The translations under genes and the position numbers were made by a program. From NCBI RefSeq assembly GCF_001194135.2, contig NC_068998.1, forward strand, positions 50,154,364 through 50,218,363: a stretch of DNA of 64,000 nucleotides, read 5' to 3'. Of this stretch, positions 27,344 through 40,540 are shown one piece after another. Under the pieces are notes generated by a model. The model did no database searches. It saw nothing but the letters and a program-made list of their open reading frames with translations, and was not told where the DNA came from. Within the stretch, counting starts at the first letter, position 1; every line of letters begins with the position of its first letter. This stretch comes from Octopus bimaculoides (Eukaryota).

Positions 27344-27530
27344 TAAGTATACAAATAAAGAGGATGTTCCATCTAGAACAATCTTGTGTTTTCTATGCTA
27401 TTATTTATCGACGAAAACTTATTAAAAGGCCTCATCACCCTGGTGACATTCATAATTCTTAAGTTTGACTTTTAAAGCCGGCTCTAAATAAATGCATACA
27501 CACTCAGTAAAACATAAAGACACACACACA

Positions 27531-27619
<89 letters not shown>

Positions 27620-28347
27620 ATACATATATGAATATGCATTTACATACAAAAACGCACAGACATACATACACACATACCTTCACGTACAGACACATACACA
27701 ATTATATATATAATGCATGCATTATAGACAATTACTGCCTGTATGAGAACGGATGTGGTGGTTTTCATTATTTCCATTGTATTGTGTAATGTTGAGCTTT
27801 ACATATTGATAAAAAAAATAGACGTCTAATATTTTGCAGAATAGAATTAATAATACGTGAAAATGTTTTGCGAAACACCAGATATCATATGAAGGTCATG
27901 TGGTGAAATAAAGTTATATTCACCTGTCACATACCTGACATTATAGAATAATCCACATTGTTTTAGACGTATCTATGCTTTTTTTTATGCATCGCAAATT
28001 TGACAATTCTGTGCTTTCGAAAACATTTTGAAATACGCACACTGACGTACGCAATCAAACTAACACGCAGTCAGTGATTATGGAGTATTAAGCTGCAAGC
28101 GCTACCTATTAGTGTTTTGATCGACATAAGCTACTTGCTTCCAGCAATATTTTCATTTGCATTGCCTTAAATTTTAATTACATTGTTATTTTAACATCTT
28201 AAAGTGTCTACAGTACATGCCAATACACACTGACAATTCCTCGGTTACGACGAAGACTTTTCCAGTTGATGTGATAAACGAAACAAATTGCTCGTGAAAT
28301 TAACCTGCCTAGTGTTATACACACATATGCACTCACTTATATCTGTG

Positions 28348-28384
<37 letters not shown>

Positions 28385-29682
28385 NNNNNNNNNNNNNNNN
28401 NNNNNNNNNNNNNNNNNNNNNNNNNNNNNNNNNNNNNNNNNNNNNNNNNNNNNNNNNNNNNNNNNNNNNNNNNNNNNNNNNNNNNNNNNNNNNNNNNNNN
28501 NNNNNNNNNNNNNNNNNNNNNNNNNNNNNNNNNNNNNNNNNNNNNNNNNNNNNNNNNNNNNNNNNNNNNNNNNNNNNNNNNNNNNNNNNNNNNNNNNNNN
28601 NNNNNNNNNNNNNNNNNNNNNNNNNNNNNNNNNNNNNNNNNNNNNNNNNNNNNNNNNNNNNNNNNNNNNNNNNNNNNNNNNNNNNNNNNNNNNNNNNNNN
28701 NNNNNNNNNNNNNNNNNNNNNNNNNNNNNNNNNNNNNNNNNNNNNNNNNNNNNNNNNNNNNNNNNNNNNNNNNNNNNNNNNNNNNNNNNNNNNNNNNNNN
28801 NNNNNNNNNNNNNNNNNNNNNNNNNNNNNNNNNNNNNNNNNNNNNNNNNNNNNNNNNNNNNNNNNNNNNNNNNNNNNNNNNNNNNNNNNNNNNNNNNNNN
28901 NNNNNNNNNNNNNNNNNNNNNNNNNNNNNNNNNNNNNNNNNNNNNNNNNNNNNNNNNNNNNNNNNNNNNNNNNNNNNNNNNNNNNNNNNNNNNNNNNNNN
29001 NNNNNNNNNNNNNNNNNNNNNNNNNNNNNNNNNNNNNNNNNNNNNNNNNNNNNNNNNNNNNNNNNNNNNNNNNNNNNNNNNNNNNNNNNNNNNNNNNNNN
29101 NNNNNNNNNNNNNNNNNNNNNNNNNNNNNNNNNNNNNNNNNNNNNNNNNNNNNNNNNNNNNNNNNNNNNNNNTATATATATATAAGGTTCTCCAATCAGC
29201 ATTCACGTATTTATTTAATTTCTCTTTCTGTGTGGTCTTATTGATGATGCTACTCTACCGAAGGTGGACCCATTTTGCTATCCTGAAGCACAATCTGCTT
29301 TCGGACGAAGAGCAAGCATTCAAATTTACGTTTATCAAGCCCTCTACGTACTCAAACTGATTGGTCTTAGTACTGAACCCTTTATCGGCGCCATATCAGA
29401 GAAAGTATCCTTCGTCTCACGCGGAAGGACAATGTGCCTCACACCAAAATCCTTTTGAGATCTGGGATCTACAACCGGATGGCGTTTCAATATTGCATGA
29501 AAAGAGATGGTCATTTAATATGACATAAATATCATTAATATAGAGATGCATACAATTGTATGTCATACAATACATCAAACTTTATAGTCCTGTTATGTTG
29601 GCCGACATCTCTGAGAATGCTTTGTCACTGAATTTAGTAAAGTATCGTTCAGAGAACATATTAACTTTTACTGAAAAGAAAC

Positions 29683-30808
29683 ATGAAATTTTTCGTCATC
29701 CCTTTCTACCTTATTCATGGTAAGTATTCATATTATTTTTTTTATCGAAGAAAATATTCCAAATGATGAAATATATGTTACCTTATTTCTCTTTTTCGCT
29801 TTATCCTCTCGCACTCACCCTCTTTATATGTATTTACAGACGCATATACATATATGTCTGTGTGTAACATAATATATACGATTATATATACACGACGGGC
29901 TTCTTTCAGGTTCCGTCTCCCAAATCTACTCACAATGCCTCGCTCGGCTCGAGGATACAACAGTAGTCTCTCTCCGGGCGGATCGAACTCAGAACAATGC
30001 GGTAGGGATGCAAGCTAATATATATATATATATATATATATANNNNNNNNNNNNNNNNNNNNNNNNNNNNNNNNNNNNNNNNNNNNNNNNNNNNNNNNNN
30101 NNNNNNNNNNNNNNNNNNNNNNNNNNNNNNNNNNNNNNNNNNNNNNNAGTATATACATACATACATACATATATATATATATGTATGTATGTATGTATAT
30201 ACTCATTTAATTCGGGAAAGTCAAAACCTCCTTAGGAATTATGGACTCCAAGGTATCCCACTGGTTTAATCTCTATCATACAATAAGGCATTGGTATATC
30301 TTTAGGATTATTGAAATTTTCAATATTGAGGGAAAACGAGAAGAAAATGAAGAATAAATGGATGTAATTGCTGATGTATTTGCGTGTTATAAAAAGATGG
30401 CTATTTTCTTAAAGAATGTTATCTTATCTTTATGAATAACCACAACTAAAATTGACATCATTAATGTATGTAATATTGAAATAAACACTGACTTACCTGG
30501 AATATACTCAGATATAAATACTGGAAAGAAATTACCAGAAGCCCCTATGTGCCAATACAAAATCAAAAGTAATTTTAAAATTTTAGGTGTGGAGGTGAAC
30601 GAGACTCAGTGTCCTCATTTAGCAAAGACAGGCTGTGGTTTCTCCACTGGGCCTCTACGTACTTGCGAAGATAATATAAAGTTATGCAGGTAACTACCCG
30701 TGCACTATATTACCACTCAGTATCTATTATTCCCTTCTCGTTGTCTATTGTTGTATATCTCCCTCTATTGCTTTCTCACACACACACGCGCACACACACA
30801 CACACACA

Positions 30809-30875
<67 letters not shown>

Positions 30876-33003
30876 ACACACATATATATATATATTACTA
30901 TTTTCAGTAATTACACTGTAGCTATGTTCGTTCACAGCCTCAACCACCGTGCTTATTGATTATATCCTAGTACTTATTCTATTGTTGTTTGGCTGAACTG
31001 CTAAATTACAGGGACGTAACAACTTAACACCGGTTGTCAAAAGGTGGTCAGGTCAAGCACTCTATAATACAATGAAACAAGCTAAACAAAATTGACAGGA
31101 TTATATGTCAGAGGTAGTCGAACGTCAAGGAATGAATATTAAACAGAAAACTTATTTTATAAGTAGAAGGCACTCAATATTTGTTTTGCCTAACTATCTT
31201 GGTCCCTCAGCGAGTTTACATCCCAGCGGTGCAACCTGCGAAGCACATGTAAATCAATTGCCAAGCATTATGTTCCGGCACTTAGCCAACGAAGTAATTC
31301 AATAATTCTATCTGAAGAGCTTTTAATTCTTCTAAAATGCTACCAAAATGAGAATATAATCCGATTTAGATTTTATTTCACAATACTTGTTCATTTATTC
31401 GATTATATTTTCTAGTTAATGATTATTTTGCAGATTATTTGGAAAGAAAGCGAAATGCATTTTTGGAACGATAGATGAATGCAATAGATTCTTCAGATTC
31501 TACTATTACCATGTGTGTCTTGTAAGCTACCTTTATTGTGTTGATATAATTTGTACAACTAGATAGTTTCAGAAATAATTTCCATATCATATACATCTTA
31601 CACCATTACCTAATAATAATGCAAAAATTGATTACTTTTCCCCATGTCCCTTAGCTTCACAAATATGAAAAGTAATCAAATATTATTGTAGGCATTATTA
31701 TGGAATTTTGTAAGATTGATCGTTTAAATTGAAGAAGTAAAATAAAAAGCCCGCTGTATCCTTCTAAAATTGTTATTACAAAAATCTGGAGTTTATAGAG
31801 GATTTCCAAACATTTATATAGTAGTAAGAACGATCTTCAGAAAACACACTATTCTCTTAGAAAGTACCTGCGGATAAGCTTAATATCCTAATAAATATAT
31901 ATATTCCTTTGATCAACGCCGATATCTACCTATCTATCTTTGTGTGTCTGTGTGCGTGTATGTGTGTGTAGAATACTTTCTGAATGCATTAATTCCTTGA
32001 TTTTAGGTAAACGATATTTTAAGATGCCCAGGCACTTGGAATAAGGTTAGTATTGATATCACCGCATTTTTTAATTGTATGCCACTGAATTCTCATAATT
32101 TTGTTCCTTCAGTATAACTGAATAGAAAGCCAGGTATTAGATTATAAAGTCGAAATTAGTAAGTAATTAGTAATTGTAAATGCAGATAGAAGGAATTTAC
32201 TGTAGCATGGTTGGATTACAGAAAAGTATATGACACGAGTTCAAACAGCTGCATACGTAACACAATGAAAATATTTGGAGCGTCTGAAAGTATTGGGAAA
32301 ATGGATAAAGAAATCATGATATATTAGAGTACAGAAATGATTGGAGGAAAACAGAATTCTGAAATCTGGGAAAGTGAACATCGGATGTGATATATTTTAA
32401 GTTGATAGCTTATGTCCCTTATTTTTGTATGTGTCATGATATACCTCAGATTGATAGTACAAGAAATCAAACTGATTTCCGATTTGGGAAAAGGATATGA
32501 CCAGAAAAATTATCTCCTTTTTATCTATAAGAGTCTTGTGCATATTGTTCCTATTTTCTCAAATGATATAGGTAGAGAATTTTGGGATTGAAAATGAGTG
32601 ATATCAATAATGAAACGAAAAACATTTCAAGAAAGACAAAAAATTGAAATGCCAAATGTGCAAAAATGGCAAACAAAAATGAACAGTAGTGTACGTATTT
32701 CAAAATAATAGACGGAGATGAAATAAATCATTAAGAAACGAAGGATATTTCCCGTAGAGAGTATACAGGGCGACTGAGAAATTTATTAGACAACGATAAC
32801 ACAGATTTAATAAATATTCTAATGCTCTTGTTATTTGTGAATAATCGAAACGTTAAACTGAATATTGATGTAAGTAACCTAAGTCACAAGAAACTCACAA
32901 TTAGGAAGATGTTAATATAGCGGTTGTACTATTATCTTTACAGGTCTCAACAGTTTCACTATGGCTGAATACAGTTGTTTTTGAATTGCTCGTGGATTTT
33001 TGA
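29683..33003 (+). CDS. Gene E: divergent 8-Cys family member, 108 aa
   Basis: Exons 29683-29719, 30587-30689, 31434-31521, 32007-32045, 32944-33003; phases 1,2,0,0. Translation: MKFFVIPFYLIHGVEVNETQCPHLAKTGCGFSTGPLRTCEDNIKLCRLFGKKAKCIFGTIDECNRFFRFYYYHVCLVNDILRCPGTWNKVSTVSLWLNTVVFELLVDF*. Confidence 0.8.
29885..30010 (-). mobile_element. Degenerate SINE of a second family (related pieces at about 44420-44500 and 51510-51640)
   Basis: acgggcttctttcaggttccgtctcccaaatctactcacaa is shared with gacgggattctttcagtgtccgtctaccaattacac at 51516. Confidence 0.55.
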
Positions 33004-34399
33004 ATACATCACGTTAGATGAATATGTTATTTACATTTTCTTCTTCATCAAGCTCACAGTTTCACATCTGGCATTTGAAACAACACACAGATATGGCAGA
33101 TCATTCTTTTACTGCTTTGCAAGTCCTTCTCTTGTATGATTTTCCATTATTTCAGGTCTATCAGTTCACAGGAATAGAAGAAATAATGATCTCACTATTG
33201 CACCGAGCATCCATTCTCATTCTTTCAAGTGCATCTTGAAGTCGTCAATAAATCTTGCAGTATTATCATTGTTCACATGGTTTTTTTTTCCAGCAAAATG
33301 TACTCAAGATTAAAATGGTATAAAGTGGTGGAGCGGCCCACATCTCGCCTGGGGGTGTCCGCCACAACATTTCTACACTTAGTTTCACTTTCATTATGAA
33401 ATGTCATTTGAAAAATCAATTTATGGGAAAAAAAAAAATGAGAGAAAATTACACATGAAATGCAAGAAATATGTTACAAATTAGGAAATCTCCAAAAAAT
33501 CAAGATGGCTAAAAGCTTATCGTTGTCGACTCTATATACAGGATATACAGCTATGTATATCGTGGAACATAGGATATACTCAGTTTATACAGCGCGTATG
33601 CAACAAAGTAACAATGAATATACCTATCCAACTGAAATCATCTCGTCTTATATCTTTCTGATAAATATATCTCTCTTTCAAAGAGACTTTTCTCGTTGTA
33701 ATTTATATATTTTGTACTATTAGGCAGTACAGTTCGTCACAAAAGTTTATCTTAACGTATGACATGAAACAAAGTTAAGAAAGTAGGGCTATAACAAACT
33801 TGAGGAGAGCAAATTTTATATTTTCAAGTGATTGTCTTAAAACTAAGGTGTGCGTCTGGTATCAGAAAAGCTGAGCCCGAACGATTCCATTCAGAATGGC
33901 TAAAGAAGGAATAAGTCAGGTCATCAGCATTCAAGTGATATTGATCAGGATAAAGAATATTTTGGAAAAGCTTGAAACTTGATTATTCAAGAAGAGAAGT
34001 TCATATTGATGAAATACAGAAAAATGTATAAAATGTAGGGTCAACTATTTTACACACAGTAAGAAAGGGATATATGAGATATTAAGAAGAATTTCAGATA
34101 CCAATATTTGACTTTAAGCAGAGAATGTAATCATTATAAAAGACATCTCAAAGAAATCATAACGTACACATTGCTGAGAAATCAGTATTGTGTCCCTAAA
34201 TTATTGAATTGCTTTTAGGTTAATTTAATTCAAACTTCACAAAAGACAGAATTTAAGTGTTATGAATTTCACAATATAACATAATATTCTGTCTCAATGA
34301 AGCAAAACGAGAAACAAATTATATTTCTCTAACGTTGTATAAATACATCAGATGTGCTGATATGTGAAGTTATCAGTCGAAGAGGTCCTGGATAGTTGA

Positions 34400-34625
34400 G
34401 GAAACAGTCTGTTCGTAGGTCGGCGTGGGGTCAGAGAGCAGAGGGCAGTAGAAAGAGATGTCTTGAATTTGGCGGATAGCTTCCGCGCGCCACACCACCA
34501 CGGTTGTCGGCCGGTTTCATGATGATGTCAGTGCGGTGTCGGAGATGTCGAAGGGCCGAGAGTACGGTTGGGGAGATGTTCAGATGACGGGGACACCTGG
34601 ACAAGTTAAACCGGTCCACAGTATA
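34400..34625 (-). mobile_element. Penelope-like element fragment
   Basis: ORF ...NISPTVLSALRHLRHRTDIIMKPADNRGGVA matches the NLSxxExxALxxL...IIIKPADKGG motif just upstream of the PLE reverse transcriptase. Confidence 0.65.
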
Positions 34626-35190
34626 CTATAATTTGAAGCTAATTTAACTGCATCTTAACTATATTGNNNNNNNNNNNNNNNNNNNNNNNNNNNNNNNNNN
34701 NNNNNNNNNNNNNNNNNNNNNNNNNNNNNNNNNNNNNNNNNNNNNNNNNNNNNNNNNNNNNNNNNNNNNNNNNNNNNNNNNNNNNNNNNNNNNNNNNNNN
34801 NNNNNNNNNNNNNNNNNNNNNNNNNTATATATATACATACATACATACATACATACATGCATACATACATACGTGTTCATATGTATTATGTGTGTGTGTA
34901 TGTGTTCTGAAAAACTACACATATACCTTCTATATTATAAAGAACTTATTTGAATTTATATGGCATGTATTTATCACATTTATGCTAGGAGCATTAGTGA
35001 TGAAGCATATGAGTGTACAATGGATAGGAAATATATATGTTACTCAGCAAATTTTGTAATACCCAGTGAAACATTAATTTCCGACAGCAGAAATGAATGT
35101 TTAAGAAGTAGGACATAAAATTTAAGACGTCAAACAATTCACAATACTAATAAAAATAATCCTTGAATTAATAAACTACAAAAGTCCTAG

Positions 35191-35204
35191 GTAACATATG
35201 TTAC
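35191..35204. promoter_or_regulatory. Perfect 14-bp palindrome GTAACATATGTTAC (E-box CATATG) upstream of gene F
   Basis: CATATG starts 97 bp upstream of ATG 35292; the same offset is seen in G, H and I. Confidence 0.55.
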
Positions 35205-35291
35205 AGCGTATATGGATCTTAAAATAAAACCATTAAAGAATGTGTAAAAACAGTTACATCTACGGATTACCGTGAGGAAAAGGGAACAATC

Positions 35292-36127
35292 ATGATGAAA
35301 CTTATATTTATATATCTTCTTCTCATTGGTATGTAGTCACAGCAAAATAATTTTCTTGTTATATGTCTGGGCAACGATATATCGATAACACTGAGTAACG
35401 GGATTTTTGATATTGAGTTACAACTTTTATTTCCTGTATGCATTCCCTTAGAAAGTATCAAATATGGCTATTTCCTTAAAGGTTCTTTTGTTACGTTTAT
35501 TCAAAACCCTCTCCACACATGGCTCTAATGCTTCCCCACGCCACTTGCTCATGACCAGATATGCACATAGTTTCAGGCACCGAGGTAGATATGCTGTAAT
35601 GAATTATAAATGTCAATCAAATGACAATTTAAAATATGTTACTTAGCAGAATAGATCTGTGTCTCGTTTAAGCGAAAACATTGTGTTAGAAAAACACTGC
35701 CTTGATTTTGTAGTAATAAATAGGAGGTACTTATGCAAAATATACCTGGACAACTTTATAATCACTAATGTCATATAGTTTAGAGAATGATTTTTAAACG
35801 TATTTATTCAGTGTATGAAAAATGACATGCTAATTTCCAATTTGTAGGTGAAGTACTTAGCAACGATAGGTGCGTCAGATTAGCGAGAAAATTTTGCAAA
35901 CGTTACTATGTGGAGTATGAAAAAAATAGCCTCATGTGCAAGTAAGTATAACATTTCTACAATGAAAGCTATTAGAAAATGTATGTATGTATGTATGTAT
36001 ATATATATATATATGTGTGTGTGTGCGTGTGTGTGTGTGTGTTTGTGTGCATGTGTGTGTTTGTGTGTGTGTGTGAGTGTACGTTGACGCACGTATGTTA
36101 GCGAGTGTAAGTATACACACTCTTATG

Positions 36128-36159
<32 letters not shown>

Positions 36160-39017
36160 ACATCCATAGGTGTATATTTATAAAAATATATCGGCATATA
36201 ATTTATGCGCAAGTATAAGCACGTGCCTACAGATGTATATGTGTGCGTCTATGTGTCTCTGTGTGTCTGTGTGTATGTGTGTCTGTGTATGTGTGTCTGT
36301 GTATGTCCGTGTGTCTGTGTATGTGTTTACGTATTTATATAATGTCTGTAAATATACACACACGCAAATGTACGAGGGGAAATTTAGCATTATCCGCACT
36401 TTCTTCATAACATATCTTTATTATTGTCACATTGTCTACTGCGCATGTGTGCTCATAGTAAGTACTATTGTAGACACGTGATCGATTTCAGAGCGTGATC
36501 ACGCCATTTTTCTCTCTGGTTTTACAGTGTAAGCATGGACGCTCCACTAACAATGTGCCCCTAAGAAGAACAACAGCAGTTATCCGATTTGTCTGTTGCT
36601 GAAATATATTAGAGGCTTTTAGCTCAATATGGGCATAGTACAGTACCGCGTAGAGTGTGTATGAGTGGATCGAGAAATTTAAAAGTGGGCGCAAAAGTGT
36701 GACGCACGAACAGGGAGAATAACGCCCGCCGACTTCTACAACTGACGAGAAGATTCAGCAAACCCGAGAGTTTGTAATGGTGAACCTGCGAGGTATTATC
36801 GATGAGGTGGCTCGTTCACTGAAAATTCGTCATGGTTTTACTGGAAGACTAACTGAAAAAAGTGTGTACGATCAACAGTGCAAGATACATTGCTTTGCAG
36901 AGGCCAGCCATTTGCACTAAAAGCCGAACTCTATGTCGAAAGCATTTTGTTGTTGCGCGGCAATACACGAAATTTCTATATTTTGCTGAGGCCTACAACG
37001 ATTTCAGTATCAAAAGCATGTAAAAGGTAGAGACAATAGTATGTTACCAACTTGTCAAAATACACACTTTAAGGTATTTTTCATACGAATTATGAGACTG
37101 TTGTTATCTGAAGCTGTAGTGAAATTGTATTTGCTACGCCGTTTATATCATTATAATACAGCGTTTGTAAACAAACCAGAAAAGTTCCTTGTCATTTACG
37201 GAGAGTAAGCTACTATGGAAGAATCGTAGTATAATATTAAACAATTATTATTATACTATGACTCTTCCATAGTAGCTTTCTCTCTGTACCTTACAAAGCC
37301 TTTGTGAATTATTTACAAATATTATATGTAGCATTAGACAGTTTAAGTATATATTCAATGAATTTGCCTGAAATCGATGGTTGGACGTTTGGTCCAATCG
37401 GATCCGCGAGGAGCCATTTTAGTGATGGGTTCGATTCTTACTAGGTTTAGTCCACCTTTTTTCGGTCATTTATTTTGTATTTATAAATTGTCGCTTCAAA
37501 TCAGAGAATATATATATTAATATACGGTTATCTGTCTCATGAAAACGTTTGAGGATAATTTTTTTTTTTTTTGTTTTTCAGGAGTTACAAAGATTTTCTT
37601 GATTGTTTTCTTTTACATGATGATATTTGTTATGAAAACTTTAAAACCATGCACAAGTGTTCCGTAAGTTATTTATTATTAAAGTTTTGTTGGAGGTCGA
37701 GTATATGACATAGAATTAAAGAAACCAGATGTATGAAATCTCTGTCTTTTTTTTTTTTTGATGTTTTGTTGAAATCAGGCATCAACAACAGAAAGGCCAC
37801 ATTAAAAACGTCCCCAGTTTTCTATGCTAATATTGTTAACATCTTTATTTTCAAATTAGCACGAAAGACCGATAGATTATTTAGTCAAAAAGGCAGGTGT
37901 CTCTGCTAGGCATTCTACAAGCATTATTAATCCAACTAATGAAGCTCTTTCGAAAATAGTTAATTAACTAATAATAATGAAAACGATTAGCCCCCGCTCT
38001 CAAAATTTCAATCACCGTGCCTTAAGATTAGTGCATTGTTATTATCCTTATGATTAATATTGCATCTGCTAATTATGTTTTACATTATATTGCGTCATTA
38101 ATTAATATATGACATAACATAACGGCTGTTTCATGAGGCGTTGTGTTTACATACTTTACATACATTATCACTAATCACAAAGTGTATATTACTAGCAATG
38201 TTATAATTGTGTATGCTGAAATCCAGGTTAAATTCATAGACTTGTACTTGTGACGATATACCGAATACAAATTTGTTTCAGATTTATACTTTAACGAGAT
38301 ATTACGTTTTTATTTTAGCATCCGGCAGAACATGAATCTAGTAGCAAAGATAAGGTACGTGATTTCATCGCAATTGCTAGATCAGCACTTTAACTGCAGT
38401 ATCAATGATAACGTTTGTATTTACACCTGCATAAATAGTGTAACATAACTGCTTAGTATATTATACACAGAATATCATTGCATTACTGATTATTATTCTT
38501 TGAAATATTTGATAAACCATCTAATAACTTCCCTAGCGTATTATGACAACATAAACATATCCATTAGTGCTTGTAGTAATATTATTAACCACTGCGAAGC
38601 TATTACAATAGCAGTCCTAGGGGAAACTCGGAATCAATGTGATGCATGCACCTTATGGTAATTGTCACAAACATATATGCAGCAACACATGTAGAATTTT
38701 CATAACATTATTAGAACACGACAGGTAAACATTTGTTAATCAAATGTGCACATATGGTCAATTTTATTTCATCATTTATTACGTAGGGGCAAAAGTTTTG
38801 TTCCACTAGCTACAGCGTGGAATTTGTCACTCTTTAACACATTTAGTTTTAAAATACGATTTCAGAACAAATGTCTTACTCTGGAAATACATTTCATAAA
38901 TATACTTTCCTTGAACATGTATTAAAGTCTTCTACAGTTTTTCTGTTCTCGTTACAGGCGAAATATGGATCAGTAATCATTACTGCATTTGTAGGTATAT
39001 TTTTCATGCATAACTGA
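35292..39017 (+). CDS. Gene F: secreted 6-Cys, putatively GPI-anchored protein, 102 aa
   Basis: Exons 35292-35328, 35848-35941, 37582-37663, 38319-38354, 38958-39017. Translation: MMKLIFIYLLLIGEVLSNDRCVRLARKFCKRYYVEYEKNSLMCKSYKDFLDCFLLHDDICYENFKTMHKCSHPAEHESSSKDKAKYGSVIITAFVGIFFMHN*. Confidence 0.9.
36590..36870 (+). mobile_element. Mariner transposase N-terminal (HTH) fragment in gene F intron 2
   Basis: Reads YEWIEKFKSGRKSVTHEQGE*RPPTSTTDEKIQQTREFVMVNLRGIIDEVARSLKIRHG, with an in-frame stop. Confidence 0.75.
37202..37283. repeat. 34-bp imperfect inverted repeat (hairpin)
   Basis: Arms at 37202-37235 and 37250-37283 with a 14-nt loop; 31 Watson-Crick pairs, 1 G-U pair and 2 mismatches. Confidence 0.85.
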
Positions 39018-39529
39018 ATAGGTTGAACGCTATCATAAAAAAATATACCTGCGTTATTTTGAGGTGGAAATCATGTATCTCTGAAACAAGTCATCAGAAG
39101 ATATTGACCTAAACATTTGAAATTTTTCTTTCTATTTTACTTCTAATAAATCATGAACATAAATATCTACGTAATTTTGTTATTCCTTTATCACACCCAA
39201 CGAAACAGCAGCCGCCATACTGAAGAACAGTTTATATAATGCGCTCTAGTTATATAGTACAAAGCTTTTCCCGAGCGAGGATTTTCAATGTCACTTCCCT
39301 CATTTGCATTTCTTGATGGGATGTCGGTTGGTCTGGAAGCATGGATTCCAGTTTAGACTTAAAATCATTAACGTTCCCTCCATGTATATTATTCAGTTTC
39401 TGTCCCAATGCATCGGACGTTTGCTGTTAATTAACAACTGCATATGTATTTTATTAAAATAATGGTTTCAAAATAAGAAAATGTTTACTTACATTGTTAC
39501 ATATAGCAATGTTTTCTACTATAGTCACA

Positions 39530-39720
39530 AGGCGTGAAATTTGGGGGCGGGGGATAATCGATTATATCAACCCCAGTGTTCAACTGGTACTTAATTTTTC
39601 GACCCCGAAAGGACGAAAGGCAAAGTCGACCTCAGTGGAATTTTATCTCAGAACGTAGCGACGCGCGAAACCCGGTAAGGACTTCTACTAGCTTGCTAGC
39701 GATTCTGCCAGCTCACCGTC
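39530..39720 (-). mobile_element. tRNA-derived SINE (Meta-domain-like core)
   Basis: ccccagtgttcaactggtacttaatttttcgaccccgaaaggacgaaaggcaaagtcgacctcagtggaa...gattctgccagctcacc. Confidence 0.7.
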
Positions 39721-40187
39721 TATTTATTAAATATGATGATAATAATTATTATTGATGTTTGAAGCAGCCTCTTTCATTCTTGATATGTAATTCTACAACA
39801 TGTAACGGTGATTGGATGATTAATAGATTGACCCCGAAATATTATTTTGGTTCGTTCATAGTGTTTTAACACTTACATACTTTTCGATCATCGCTACAAG
39901 GTAAACATCGTTGTTTTATCAAGTGTTGGTAGATCATTGTAAATATGCAATCACAAAATTCAATTTAACCCGTACATCTGACTCTGGGCTTTCTTTGCTG
40001 GTTATAAAGTTGTGCACAAATGGTGTATAACATTTATGACCGTTAATTCAGTAACATTTCATTGATTAATCCATAAAAGGCTAGATCTTTGGAAAATATT
40101 ATAAGCGGACATTTTATTTCGGACGATTGCTGACTGAGATCAAATGTAGTGTGAGTCATAAACAAACTCTATTAACTCTGGTGGAGT

Positions 40188-40540
40188 ATAACTTATTCCT
40201 TTTAACAATGCAATTCTTCTGCCTTATTAGTAGCAAATAGTTCTTCACACAGATTTATATTAATACACAGAAAAAAACACATATATGTACATGTATGTGT
40301 ATATAACTTATTCCTTTTAACAATGTAATTCTTCTGCCTTATTAGTAGCAAATAGTTCTTCACACAGATTTATATTAATACACAGAAAAAAACACATATA
40401 TGTACATGTATGTGTATATAACTTATTCCTTTTAACAATGCAATTCTTCTGCCTTATTAGTAGCAAATAGTTCTTCACACAGATTTATATTAATACACAG
40501 AAAAAAACACATATATGTACATGTATGTGTATATAACTTA
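40188..40540. repeat. 115-bp tandem repeat, three near-identical copies
   Basis: Units start at 40188, 40303 and 40418 (ataacttattccttttaacaatgc/taattcttctg...). Confidence 0.9.
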
